DNA of 64,000 nt from Selaginella moellendorffii (lineage: Eukaryota > Plantae > Lycopodiophyta). Every line of letters starts with the position of its first letter. Within the stretch, counting starts at the first letter, position 1. The notes under the pieces were generated by a model that was not told where the DNA came from, made no database searches, and saw only the letters and a program-made list of their open reading frames with translations. Shown here one piece after another: positions 35,383 through 50,213 of this stretch. A program made the translations under genes and the position numbers. The stretch is from contig NW_003314263.1 in NCBI RefSeq assembly GCF_000143415.4, forward strand, positions 1,948,749-2,012,748, in the 5' to 3' direction.

Positions 35383-38300
35383 TGTCGCAAATGTGACTTT
35401 AGGTATCGAAAGTTACCTATCGACCAGTCCTTACGGACACTCTTTCCTTACTGCCACGATGGTAGGAGGTTGGTATTGCTGGACCCTTTATCAATCCCTC
35501 TTGTGCTAGTGGAGTTAACTGGGCATTTTGAGTGTACTTAGACCGGACGAGCATAAGGACGGAATTCCTACGTGTTATTAGCTAAGCATACTTAGCCCGG
35601 TAAGGAGTTCCCTGTAAGCAACCAAAGGGAACGACTCGAGAGACGATCCGTTGGGGTTCAAATATAGAGGGAAAGGGCCCAAGAACAAGAGTGCACCCCC
35701 TTTTCCAATTGGTTAAGGGTCTTGGGATATTTGGGGTTAAGCGTCCTTGGGTTTGAATAGTACTGAGTTGGGTGACCTCCCGGGAAGTCCAGACTCAGGA
35801 GCTTACATTTGGTATCAGAGCGGTTTCGGGTCCGACTCTGTTGGTTGGTTAAGGGAATCACACCACATGTTGATTGACATCTGGCTGGTCCAGTTTGTTC
35901 CCGCTGGGCTCGACCTGAGGGGTAGGGTGTCAAGAGAGTGGGGCTCTCAGGAGAGCTGTGGCTCTCAGCTTCCGTTCATGAAGGTGTGAACTTGCAGGGA
36001 AGCGTGGTGGATTGTAAGCAACCAAAGGGAATGACTCGAGAGACGATCCATTGGGGTTCAAATATAGAGGGAAAGGGCCCATAAACAAGAGTGCACCCCC
36101 TTTTCCAATTGGTTAAGGGTCTTGGGATATTTGGGGTTAAGCGTCTTTGGGTTTGAATAGTACTGGGCTGGGTGACCTCCCGGGAAGTCCAGACTCAAGA
36201 GCTTACATTCCCGTCTCGTTTTGTCTTGCACTGGCTAGTGACAAGAACCCTCGCGCATTGAGATTAGTCCCTCAATATCGCTGGATGATAGCTTACCGTG
36301 TCTGCTAAACACCCTCACTATCATGCCTTTTATGTTAGTCTCATTTCGGTCCTAAATGCTATTTATGGAAAGTGTCCAGATTTGTTCATTTGGCATATCT
36401 ACGGAATGTAGAGATCAGCCTGAACACAATGGTGTTCATCCCGTGTCCAAATTCACAATCTAGGGACATTCCATATTTTGTAAGTTTCGAGCTTGCATGG
36501 CCGGCCAACCTGAGGCATAGTCTAGCTCCTGCTTGCGTGCCTGTCCTTGTTCTGCGTCCGGCTTGGGTCTAAGCCCAAGTTCCATTCCATGCTAGCTGGT
36601 GGAGTACCCATATCCTCACGTTAGGCCACTAGTATGCCGAAATAGCACCAGACTCCGTTTGGCTCCATTTTGCGTGCTAGTCCTGGCAATGGGATGCTGG
36701 TTACTCCAGGACTGTTCCAAGTCGCTTCGGGCTCCTGTCCCTTCGCTCCTTGGGCTATATGCTCGGGAGTTGCTCCGTGGTCCGGTTCCATCACTCCTTG
36801 GCTTCACACTTGGGAGTTTGGCACCGTTCCTTCGTTTAGTGGCCCAAGGCCCTGAACCTCGGGTTCCACACCACGTTCCTTTGGACATGTGGCATGTGAC
36901 ACGTGGCATCTGTCACGTGGTACAAAGAGGGTTTAGGTTCCGCTTCGTGGTGTTATCCTATGGTAAATCACCATAGGATAAAGGGTCAAAACCACGTGCG
37001 CTACATTTGGTATCAGAGGATATGTTTCAGCGAGTACTATACAATGAGATTGGGCAACTAGTCTCGTTGCATACGCAGAGATGAAAACGATGATCCAAGT
37101 GGGTACATGTTTTGGTGCAAAGGCTTTGCAATTGTTCTTTGGGTATGAAATTTGATTACCTTTTTGCTCCATATTATGTGAGCTTGCTCTTGGGCTTATA
37201 GGGTGGACTGGATTGTTCTGTTTACATGAGTTTGAGCTTGGGCTCGTGAGTGAGGCACATTAGCAACTCGAGGTTATGCTTTGGGTTGGCAAGATTAATG
37301 TTAGCCTATTGGTGGTTCCATGAGTGGTTTTAATGGTATTCCTTGTACCATGGGTGAAAGCAAACCTCCCTAGGTTTGCTATGAGTGGCAAATAGGCTGG
37401 TCCGTAGCTATTTAGCACGGCACTAGTAGATCCTTCTTAGGCATGATTATGAGTGGATCAATCAAGACTGTAGGGATTAGTCTATTAGTTCAAGTAATCA
37501 TTGCTGTGCTCTCTCATAAACTTTTCTTGGATTGAACTGAAGGCAGTGTGAAAGCAAGCTTGAGGTTTAGTCAAGATGAGGCCGAAAAGAGAGCCGTCGA
37601 GGACGAAGGATCAAACACATAAATCATTTTCTCTTCTTGGAGAGATGATTTGCAACGAGGTGTTAACCCATTGCTCGTGTTCATATTATGCAATCAAGAG
37701 TCCTTACCTTGATGCATCTTGGAGGTGATGGTCTTACAAATAGTGAGTTGTGGGATGGATAGCAGTGAAACGCTAAACCATTTTGTCTAGGCTTGCTATT
37801 AGAAGACTTGGGTTGCAATGCTCAATTCTTTTCCGGGGAATTTTGCTATTGCTCATTGAATAGCTTGGTGTTGGATTAATTTTAAGATTGGTCGGAAAGA
37901 GAGTGGCATGAGCTTGTCTGTGTTGTGAACAAAAGTTAGTGGTGTTAAGTGTTGTAAATCTCTATTGATGGGGTGTGGCATTTATGTTGCATTTTGTCAA
38001 ATCGAGTTGGCACTTGATATTCACATAAACCTTTGTAGTAGTGACATAGGCATTGCTCATAGTGTTGCTTGATTGATGATCAAGTCATTGTGATTTATAT
38101 CATATCCATGTGATAATGAGCAATGTGTTTACGAAGTTGCTTGGGTAAATGATGATTAACCCCAAAGTGGTTGATAGTGAAGCTAGTCTACTTGCACGAA
38201 ATAGCATTGTAGTAGCTTTGACTGAATTCTTGTTGGTGGTCCATTATGCCAAGCTTAAGTTGGTACCTTGTTTCCTTGAGTTTGCCCATTGGTGTTGGAA

Positions 38301-41300
38301 AAGGGTTATAGCATTCACTTGTTATGACTTGTTGGTTGATCTGTTAGCACTTAGAGTAAATTGTTGGATGGAGAAGGTGTGTAGTTGGGGCATTGACATT
38401 GCTAGCACTGGTGTTAGTGGAAGTGGCATTGTTATTTCGAGTGATAAGGAATTTTCCTTAGACCTTGATTTTTTATGTCATTTTTCTTGTTAGTGTTTTG
38501 ACTTCACATTGAATCTTGAAGGTGATTGAAGAAGAATGTTAATGCAATATGGATATCCGAAGATGTGGTCTTCGTGATCAAGCCTTGGGTGTTCACTTTG
38601 CATTTTACGGATGTCGGTGTTGGATATCGGTTAGATGGGCAGAGATGTTCGAGGCTTAAGCATACTATGGGTCATGAGAATTTGTGTTGAGGTGAACCTA
38701 TGTGAAGTTGTTGGTAGAAGGAAGTTGGTTGAGTCTTGAAAGTTTGTATTCCTGGACTAAGAGTTATTCTTTCTCTAGGATGGAAAATTTTCCACAAATT
38801 TTCTTAAACTTTTCCAATGGCTGATCTATTGATCATTTTGTCCGAAAACCATTTCGTTTTCGAAGGCTAATACATACTAGTGAAGGGGTTAGAGTTGACT
38901 TCGGTTAACTTAGACCTTGGTAGGTAGTTTGTATGATGCAACCTGAAAGGGATGCTGACTTTTGAGGCTAAGGCAATTGAGTTGGATAGAGTCTGGAGTT
39001 GGTGTAGAAAAGTGGCTGTTGTGCTTTTCTAAGAAAGGTGACCCTTGTGCCTGTCTTATATAGTGTTCTGCTTGGTAGTAGGTTGCACCTTGCATTTCAT
39101 TAGACTCTATGAGAGTAGTGAGCTCTCACTGATCTTGACTTGGTCTTGGTGGCCCTGCGCCTTGGCTGAAGATAGTGATGTCCAACTTAGTTGTTTGAGG
39201 TTGAGATGTTGGTACCCATACTATAACTTTGTTTATGAAGAGGTTGTGTACCAATATGAGTCCATCTCATGGTCTTCACTTTAGTTTCGATTGAGTGTTG
39301 ATCACATAGCTAGCCTCTTCAAGGCATGCTTAGAGCTATTGACTAAATGCATTAGTGAGCTTATTGCGGTTGAGTTGGATTCGAGTGGTCATTTAGTTTG
39401 TGCTTGTCTATGAACCTTTATCTCGTATCTGGGGTATTGTGTTCATGTTGGACAAGTATGTGACTCGATGACATGAGTTAGTGTTCAGGTCTTGTGAAGG
39501 CGAGTTAAAGGGTAATTGTTAGTTGCTTAGCGACTAGTGATTATTTGTAGACTTTGTCAAAAGACTGTTGATACTTGCTTCGCTCGATGATGATTTAGCA
39601 GTGATAGGCTTGCTTTACCGGATGATGTTGCGGAGGATTGTGTCGTTAGACTTACATGGTTTTTTCCATGTTGACATATCGACTCTACCTCTCTCGATAT
39701 CATTTGCTTACATCTAGTCCGTAGTGTTGGATTTCATTGAGTCTTGGACGTGGTGAATCACTCCATGATGATCTGTTCTCTATTACTGAGTATTGTTGGA
39801 GGATTGGTCTCGGATACTAAGTAAAGTATTTTTTACCTTGGTTAGCTTGGTTGCTAGAGAGTTTTGGGTTGTGATTCACTCATGCTTTCTTCTAGCTTTG
39901 TTCTAGTGTTGATGGCATTAAAGTGATGCCTTGTTATTAACATTATTGATGTTGAAATTCAAGTGAGATGAGATGTCTATCCTTAGGATTGATATTGAGT
40001 TTCATTACTCTCGATAAAGATAGTGTTGATAGTTTGGCCATGACTTTGTGTTATTAGCATTCGCGCATTTGCTAGTTAGCAACTATGTTAACGTTCAAAT
40101 GAATTGAGTGGCAAGTTGAGTTAGTTGTGTTCTAGACGAGATTATTTAGTAGAGGTTGAGCTTCAGCTTTTCCTTGAAAAGTGATTTAGTCGTGGACTAT
40201 GCTAACTCTACTAGAGAAAGAGTTAGTGATCGATATTGACATTGTTTGAATCCTTATTGGATTTGAGTTGGAATATATTGATCATTAATGGTTCTTCTTG
40301 TGCTTGTTATGAAGTGAGTTACGTTTTCTATAGATGGATTCATGAAGAATCGTTTAGTGATCATTTGTTGAGCATAACTTCGTTATGCTTAGGTTTTGGA
40401 TTGATGCAGACATGCTCTTCATTAGCTTTGGCATTATGAAGTTTAGCTTATGGATGTGTTGAGGGGGATATTGTGGGTTGTACCATGATTTCTCTTTAGC
40501 ATTGAAATTAGTTTATGCGGAACTTGTGATCATTGTTAAGCAAGACTTAGCTATAGGCTTCTTTTGGTTCCTTGAGTTTTGCACTCATTGTTCCATTCGT
40601 TGAAGTTGTTGGGGAAAGCATTTTGGCTTATTAGCTTCGATGTTAAAGTTGGTTTTTGCATCTAACAATCATTGGTGATGATTGACTATCATCTAGGATA
40701 GTTGATTATCCTTGTCGAAGGTTTTGCTTGATTATCGTTGATCTCGAATGATTTGCCATTCTTCGGGATGGTGGATTCTTTCTTTGATGACGATTATGCA
40801 TTTCTCTATTGATGGGATGATTAATGATCTTTCATGATGGTTAATTGTTCTCTTTGATGGCTTATGGCTTTTCGCAATACCACATGTTCTTTGTGGTTTG
40901 CTCTGAATTAGTCTCTTGGGTTTGAGACATCGGTAGGACGTTGCTGACACTTGCTTAGGCAACTTGAGTTCCTTGGTATTGTTGACTAGGATCTATTTAA
41001 ATTGGCTGGTGCAATGGTTGGCATGACTAAGTGTTTGTTGGTCTTACCACATTCATTCAGTTTTGTTGATTATTGCTAGAGTTAGTTCTGATAGATTGGG
41101 ATGTTATTTCCTTTGGGTTATACATTCGCGAGCATTGTGCTTGTCAGTCAATGATGCTTTGTGTTCTTTGAGTTATCTTTTATAAGTTGTTTAGCATACT
41201 GTCTACAATCTTCAGTAGTTAAGTTTTCTCATTGAGTTTACTTGATGATATACTTACTATTGAATTTTGTTGGATGGTGAATTCTATGTTTTCCAAAGAT

Positions 41301-42743
41301 AGTGATCTTGGTGGTTCCTATACTATAATACTAGTTTATCGGATGATAACTTACTTGGAATACATTTGTGTTCTAATCTAAGTTTTATTTACTGATAATT
41401 AAATCTTTAAGATATCATTGTTTATGACTTTGATATAGTCCCTATATATTGATCTTTGAGTTTGGGCCAGTATAGGCAGACTGGCTTCGGCACTTCGTGT
41501 GCATGTTGAAATCTCTAGTCATGGGGTAGCTACTGTTGATTGGTCACATCACTCGCCTCTCTGTCGATGTTCCTTATTTTGTTGAAAGGGCGTGACTGTG
41601 TAAACAACTCTAACTGCCTATTTACAGTAGTCTATCTAAACCTTACTGACGGGTTTGGTTTCTTTGCTCATGAGGGTTTGGGCCTCTAGCTTCTCTCTCT
41701 ATGTCCCTGCAGGCAGGGCGTATCACACTTTTGTAGTTGGGTGACACCCAGAGCAGCAAGGGTGGCTAACTCCATTGGTCATTTCCTTGTCGGCGACGGT
41801 CGGAAGGTGTCTGAGTGGGTAGCGCATCTGCGTTAGACAAAGAGGTTGTCCCCTAACTCATTTAAGTTGATACATTTCTCACATAGTGTGAGTACCGTGA
41901 ACTTTTTCTGGAGTTGTTTCCTTGGTGGTATTCTAGACTCGAGTATGCATCGACGAGGACATCGATCTTCCCAAGGGGGGGAGAGTGTCGCGAATGTGAC
42001 TTCAGGTATCGAAAGTTACTTGTCAACCAGTCCTTACAGACACTCTTTCCTTACTGCCACGATGGCAGGAGGTCGGTATTGCTGAACCCTTTATCAGTCC
42101 CTCTTGTGCTAGTGGAGTTAACTAGGCATTTCGAGTGTATTTAGACCGGATGAGCATAAGGACGGAATTCCTATGTGTTATTAGCTAAGCATACTTAGCT
42201 TGGTAAGGAGTTCCTGTCTCGTTTTGTCTTGCACTGGCTAGTGACAAGAACCCTCGCGTATTGAGATTAGTCCCTCAATATCGCTGGATGATAACTTACC
42301 GTGTCTGCCAAACACCCTCGCTATCATGCCCTTTATGTTAGTCTCATTTCGATCCCAAATGCTATTTATGGAAAGTGTCCAGATTTGCTTATTTGGCATA
42401 TCTACGGAATGTAGAGATCGGCCTGAACACAATGGTGTTCGTTCCGTGTCCAAATTTACAATCTAGGGACATTCCATATTTAGTAAGTTTCGAGCTTATC
42501 CCAGAGACTAACTCCTGATACTAAGGGAGGCTTGGGGTGAAAGCCCAAAGCGTGTGTTCCTGAAGGGGGGGGGGGGGGGTTCCAAATGTATAGTAGGGAT
42601 AGTGGGTAGGTCAGGCATGGCTGACTAACCTGAGGCATAGTCTAGCTCCCGCTTGCGTGCCTGTCTTTGTTCTGCGTCCGGCTTGGGTTTAAGCCCAAGT
42701 TCCATTCCATACTACCTGGTGGAGTACCCATATCCTCACATTA
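35383..42743 (+). mobile_element. Large non-autonomous LTR retrotransposon (LARD-like): 5' LTR 35383-37005, PBS 37008-37018, PPT about 41973-41985, truncated 3' LTR 41986-42743
   Basis: Both LTRs start TGTCGC.AATGTGACTT; 5' LTR ends CTACA followed by TGGTATCAGAG; ~5 kb interior has no recognisable gag/pol ORF. Confidence 0.88.
35613..36207 (+). mobile_element. Complete Cassandra-like TRIM (595 bp) with 5S rRNA-derived segment in each LTR
   Basis: 195-bp LTRs 35613-35807 and 36013-36207; PBS TGGTATCAGAGC 35810-35821; purine-rich tract before the 3' LTR; TSD TTCCC; 5S-like GGTTAAGCGTCCTTGGG..TAGTACT..TGGGTGACCTCCCGGGAAGTCC. Confidence 0.93.
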
Positions 42744-42976
42744 CAATAAAAGTTGCCAGAGCAAATGAGGGACACATATCTCCCCATGATATATATATTT
42801 AAAATCAGAGCTCAAACAGCAACTAAAGAGTTTATTGATATATGTTCCTCAAGTGAAGGAGATCTGGTCTATAGCAAGACAGCCAACATCCTAAAATTGG
42901 AGCCTTGTGACAAACTCCTTTGACTCATAGATTGTAAGTGATTAAATTTTCTATCTTCTAATTAACTTAAGGTTAT

Positions 42977-43430
42977 CTCATTCCTAATCTCTTAACTGCC
43001 AGGTCTCTTGTACAGCAAAAATAGTGGCTTACTTGGGCTACACACCTAAGGAGATGATATCCATATCCAGAGACTGGGAAGTTTGGTTTATAGACAAGAA
43101 ACATGAACATTCGCTCCTCAACCTCATTTGCTTATAAATATGGTGCAAGTATTGCCTAGAATGGGATTTGCTCCACTGAACAAACTAGTGCCATTGTTTA
43201 TTAAGCATGTATGGTGGCTGGAACCTTCCTTTGAAGCCAGTTGCAACAAAATCGATCTACCAAGCCATATAAACCAAATCGATCAAGGAGCAAAGCTCTC
43301 CAGCTCTTTACAAAGATGGATCTGGAACACCATCACCTTTGTCAACGCACTCGACACTTACACGAAGGTAGCATCGCTTAAAGTCGGGAGAGTTCTCGAC
43401 TCCAGTTATGAGCAAGTGATCCCATGATAC
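42977..43430 (+). pseudogene. Degenerate PPR fragment
   Basis: GAKALQLFTKMDLE and TITFVNALD across frameshifts. Confidence 0.55.
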
Positions 43431-43668
43431 ACCAACCCCAACAAAATGCAGGAGTTTGGGCAATGCTCATGTCTGTTTGGAGATTAATAATAGTTTATAC
43501 AGAGATACAGGGCTATATATTGAACACTTAAATATTTTACTAAGAGCAAGACGTATACATTTAAAGGATACCTTTAAGAGTATTAAAGATGCCAGATAAA
43601 GGAGGATGTTTAGCAAGTTAAAAACAATTCAAATTTACATGGTGAGTATATGAGAATTTACAGAATAG

Positions 43669-45532
43669 TCACTTTAGAGGAGCTTGCTTGTTTAGCAAGG
43701 CTTTGAGCTTCGCTTTGATCTGAGCTATGGCAACGTGACGAGGACGCAGTCCGGAAGATTTCTTGAACCTCTTTGGAGCTATGATCATCGCATCACCGCT
43801 TTCTACACCTGAAAAAACGAGATACTCAGTCCCAAAAAATCAATCCCGATAGCCCACTCACCTTCGAGCGCTGCTTTGGTGTATACTGCAAGAGTGCATC
43901 CTTCTCCAGTGGACGTGGATGTAGAAACCGGGGTATAGAGTCCAGGCTGCCTCCTCTGCTTTGGTGTCTCAAACAATCCCTCCGCGTCCACCTTGGGCTT
44001 CTTCGTTGGAACCAGCTCTTGGAAAACAAACGTCTTCTCAACGTAGATCTCGCCATTGAGGACCCGCCTGGTGTACCGCTTCACCAGCATTTCCTTTGGG
44101 TCTGCTTGTCCAGGGATGGCCCTCCGCTTCTCTCGTCTCCTCGAGTACGTTAGAAGAGCTTTATGGGGCTTAAAATCCTGATAACCGGGAGCTGATAGTT
44201 CCGGATCGGCACTGCTGGTGGCACCTTCTTCGTTTCGATTCTCAGCTTGTGCCAGGGTTCCGTCCCCCGGCTTGAAACAAGTCCTCCTCCTCCTGGCTTT
44301 TTGCCGTATGCCTTTAGGAATCACCGCAGGCCACTTGAACGGAGCATTTTCGTGCGCCATCAGCTCTTCAGAAGCTTGTACTTGCTTCCGCATCGACTGG
44401 AGAAAAAAGTTACTTTTAAGCTCCATGGTTACATAAAACCTGGTGGAAAAGAACTGGCTGACCTCCCAATCCTTATAATTTAGCTGGAATATAGATTTCG
44501 TATCATCATCCTTCAGCGCAGCGTCAGTAGTACGTCTCGGAACTACACATACATGAGGTCAGTAAGCCATCTTTGCAATTCCCAGTGCATACCAATAATG
44601 TAGCTCTGATCACTGGCAAGCCTCACTTGTGCTAGGCCATCCTTCACCAAGACAGACAGCGTCAATATATTGGCAGCCGTTTCTGTGAAGGAATCCCTGT
44701 TGAGAACGAGCGGCTCGAGCTTGACACACTCTCTAGACTGCAAAACCTTGAGCATCTCGAGCTTCCGGGATTCTGACTTGTCCTCGGCGTCAACATCTGC
44801 GTCCTGCAAACGCCAGCTACATTAAGGCCCACAAAACGCAAGAGGTTACCTTGAAAACACTCCACTGTACCGCAGGCTTTGAGCTGCGCATGGACAGCAA
44901 CGCTTTGGATCATAAAAAATCTCAGGCTCACAACTTTATGACTTACGGAGATGGAGAGCTTTCAGAGGTGTCTGCCGCATCATGGACGCTTGTGTTATGC
45001 TGGCATGACAAAGTGGAAATAATATGTACTGCATCCGGGTCACCTGTGTCATTTTTCCAAAATAATGAAGACCCAAAGTTAGAAGCATTGCCTTTTGCAA
45101 AATGAAAACAAAGCAGAAGAACAAACACAAGGATTATCTAGAAGAATTGCTGGCCGATGAAAGAACAAAAGAAGGCAAGCAAACGTTCCTTCTAGAAAAA
45201 CAAGCACTACTTACAATCGGCATTCACAGAACAACCAAAAGCATAGACTACTCAAGCTAGAAAGTCGCAGGATCAGTTCAGCTTCTATGCTCCTATGCTT
45301 GCAAAGAAGCCAACAAGCAAATCTTTCTTCTAGAAACCAAGCACTACAATCGGCATTCACAAAACAAGCATAGAAAACCAAAAGCATAGCCTACGCAAGC
45401 ATAGCAAACGCTTCTTCCAGGAGAAGAGACATTTCTTCGCGCAGTAACCAGCTCCTCTAGAGGAAAATTTCCTAAAACCCAGGCCATACCGTCAATCATT
45501 TTCTCCAGCGGTGCTCCTGAGCTCGATCCCAT
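43669..45532 (-). CDS. Divergent NSE4-like (SMC5/6 kleisin C-terminal domain) protein, multi-exon
   Basis: VKLEPLVLNRDSFTETAANILTLSVLVKDG, then VPRR..IFQLNYKDWE and EELMAH match Nse4_C as recalled; TGA at 43669; start codon and 5' exons uncertain. Confidence 0.68.
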
Positions 45533-45614
45533 GGCGCCCGGCCAGCTCCCTAGACTCGCCTGGCAATCCCTCCTCGATTCCTCCAGGCGCGCTTCTTCCG
45601 CATGTGGATAAACC

Positions 45615-47903
45615 CTAGCTTTGCCCTCCGTACACGCTGGACAGCAACACATAGGATGCAGATCTCCGTGGCTCCAGCACGACGGAATATGCCGCCGCAC
45701 ATTCCGCCTGCCGCACGCCGCTGGATATCCTAGACGCCGCTAGCAGCGTCGTCCACGCCACGTCGTTTGGGATGTACGGCATTGTGAGGAGAAGATCCTC
45801 GGCATCTTGGAGCTGTCCGGACTTGCAAAGAATGGCCACCATGTATGAGTAGTGCTCCACTGTGGGAGCTAGATTCCAGGCATCTTGGAGAAGAATAAAT
45901 TTTTTTCTACCAATGCTGGCTTTTCCAGCGTAGCTACAGGCATGAAACACGCTGGAGAACGTCTGCGCGTCGCAATATAGGCCATTGATTGCCAAGAGGG
46001 CCACTAGATCAAGGGCCAGGATCGAGTTTCCCGTCTGGGCATTTGTATTGATTATAGTGTTCCAAGAAATTGTGTCATGGTTGGGCATGGCTTTAAAGAG
46101 AATCGTGACATCGTGAAGATTCCCGAGCTGGGAATATGCCGCAAGCATTGTGTTCCACACTACTAGATTCTTCTCTGCCATGGAGTCGAAGATTCTTCTT
46201 GCTTCGTGAATATGCCCATTTTCAGCATATGCCAAGAGCATGGTAGTGTTTGATACTACATCATGGTGGCTAGGAATGTGATTGTAAATCCCTGCAGCAT
46301 AGTCAATGTGACCATGCAAAGAAAATGCTCGAATCATTGCAGTAGAACACACTAAGTCGTGTTCCACTAATCTACCAAACAAGAAACACGCTCGCTCAAG
46401 CTCGTTGTTGCTAGCATAAGCTTCAATCATCGTTGTGAAAGACACTAGATCAGGATCTGGAATTCTGTCAAACATCATTTCGGCGTCTACAAATTTGCCA
46501 CTTTGGGCATATGCTGCAAGCATGGTGTTCCATGAAACTATTGTCCGGTGAGGCATTTTTTCAAACATCTCCTTTGCTTCATGGAGGTTTCCATTTTGAG
46601 CATATGCCCTCAATAGGATATTCCAAGACACGGCGTTGTACTCAGGCATCTTGTCAAACAATGCTTTTGCTTTGTCGAGTTGATTGCTTTGAGCATATGA
46701 AGTTAACATTGAAGTGTATGCTATGAGATCAGGCTCAGGTATCATGTCAAACAATGCCTTGGCCTTTTCAACTTGAACGTTAGAGAAGGTTTGCAAGACA
46801 ATTGTGCACACTAGAGAATCCCATTCAGGCAACCTGTTAAAAAACAAATTCCAACATTCCTCCAAATACCCGTGTTGGGCATATGCGGTGATCATACAAG
46901 TCCATGTTCGCAAACTGGGATTGATAATATTGTTAAAAATGAGCCTAGCGTCATGCAGTTTTCCAGCGTTTGAAACTTCACGTATTAAAATGTACCATGG
47001 TGAATGTTCTCTACAAGAGCTTTGATCCAAATTATTCAAAAAGTTTATGGCTTTTCTATGATATTTCTTCGAGGCGTAAGCAGAAACAAGAAAATCACAT
47101 ATCTCCTGGCTATGTTCCGGCATTTTGTTAAAAAGAGTTTCACATTCATCCAGATCAACCGGGGCATATGCTTGAATAATCGCCACCCAGGTGGATAGAT
47201 CTCTCCAGTGCATCCGATCAAATAATTCTCTTGCCTTTTCAACTTGGAGCGATTTTCCAAGCGTCGCGATCAAAGTGTTGGATGATACAACGGAGTGTTC
47301 TGGCATCGCATCAAATAACTCTAAACCTTCCTTGACAAGACCTTTTTGGGCATATGCTTGGATCATAGAGTTCCATGAAATAGTGTCTCGCTGTGCCATT
47401 TTCTTAAACAAATCCTGGCACTCGCTAAGCTTCCCAGACTGAGAATAAGCCGCGATCATCGCCGTCCACATCACCACATTAGAACAAGGGCTCTGATCAA
47501 ACAACACTCGCGCAGCTACAACATCACCACTTTGGGCATATGCGGTTATCAAAGTTGTCCAGGACACAGCATCTCTCTCCGGCATCTTTTCGAAGAGATT
47601 CTGTGCTTCTGTAAGATTCCCATTCTCAACGCACACTCTGATCATAAGATTCCAAGAAAAAACATTTCGATCAGAGATCTTTCGAAAGGTTTCTTGGGCA
47701 TCCTCAAGACTCCGGCACTTACCGTACATCTCCACCAAAAGATTCGCTAGATACCGGCTCTGAGAGTAAGAGCTACTGAGAACTAGGCTATGGATTCTCT
47801 TCCCTGCGCACAAATCTCTGGAGTTTCCACAAGATCGTATTCTCCCCGCGAGAGAATCTTCTTCCTCTCTCGCGTTTGGCAGCGCCGTGCCAATTGCCGC
47901 CAT
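45615..47903 (-). CDS. PLS-class PPR protein with E domain, no DYW (762 aa, intronless)
   Basis: Long run of ~31-aa PPR motifs; ACSYAG..EHYSYMV..MPYIPNDVAWTTLL..SYVLLSSVY. Confidence 0.93.
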   Translation of the reverse strand: MAAIGTALPNAREEEDSLAGRIRSCGNSRDLCAGKRIHSLVLSSSYSQSRYLANLLVEMYGKCRSLEDAQETFRKISDRNVFSWNLMIRVCVENGNLTEAQNLFEKMPERDAVSWTTLITAYAQSGDVVAARVLFDQSPCSNVVMWTAMIAAYSQSGKLSECQDLFKKMAQRDTISWNSMIQAYAQKGLVKEGLELFDAMPEHSVVSSNTLIATLGKSLQVEKARELFDRMHWRDLSTWVAIIQAYAPVDLDECETLFNKMPEHSQEICDFLVSAYASKKYHRKAINFLNNLDQSSCREHSPWYILIREVSNAGKLHDARLIFNNIINPSLRTWTCMITAYAQHGYLEECWNLFFNRLPEWDSLVCTIVLQTFSNVQVEKAKALFDMIPEPDLIAYTSMLTSYAQSNQLDKAKALFDKMPEYNAVSWNILLRAYAQNGNLHEAKEMFEKMPHRTIVSWNTMLAAYAQSGKFVDAEMMFDRIPDPDLVSFTTMIEAYASNNELERACFLFGRLVEHDLVCSTAMIRAFSLHGHIDYAAGIYNHIPSHHDVVSNTTMLLAYAENGHIHEARRIFDSMAEKNLVVWNTMLAAYSQLGNLHDVTILFKAMPNHDTISWNTIINTNAQTGNSILALDLVALLAINGLYCDAQTFSSVFHACSYAGKASIGRKKFILLQDAWNLAPTVEHYSYMVAILCKSGQLQDAEDLLLTMPYIPNDVAWTTLLAASRISSGVRQAECAAAYSVVLEPRRSASYVLLSSVYGGQS

Positions 47904-48102
47904 TGTTTAAAGCTTTCAACGGCCAGGATGGCCTATACCCACGGTTACGATGGAAAACAATCGCGACCTTTCATCTCGTTGCGCCTTTTGATTCAAAAGT
48001 GGAGCCCGTAACCCCCGCCGTTGGATCTTATTGCTGTTTATTTTCCACTCCCCGGGGCCATTTTTAGGGTTTGCATCGCGCGAGGGTTTTTGGCTGGGCG
48101 AG
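47904..48102. promoter_or_regulatory. Probable bidirectional promoter (199 bp) between PPR and enolase, with telo-box
   Basis: Head-to-head ATGs at 47903 and 48103; TAGGGTTT at 48065-48072. Confidence 0.6.

Positions 48103-50213
<2,111 letters not shown>

Noticed and set aside
35735-35790. 5S rRNA gene
   Set aside because: Only the internal promoter half is present and it lies within TRIM LTRs.
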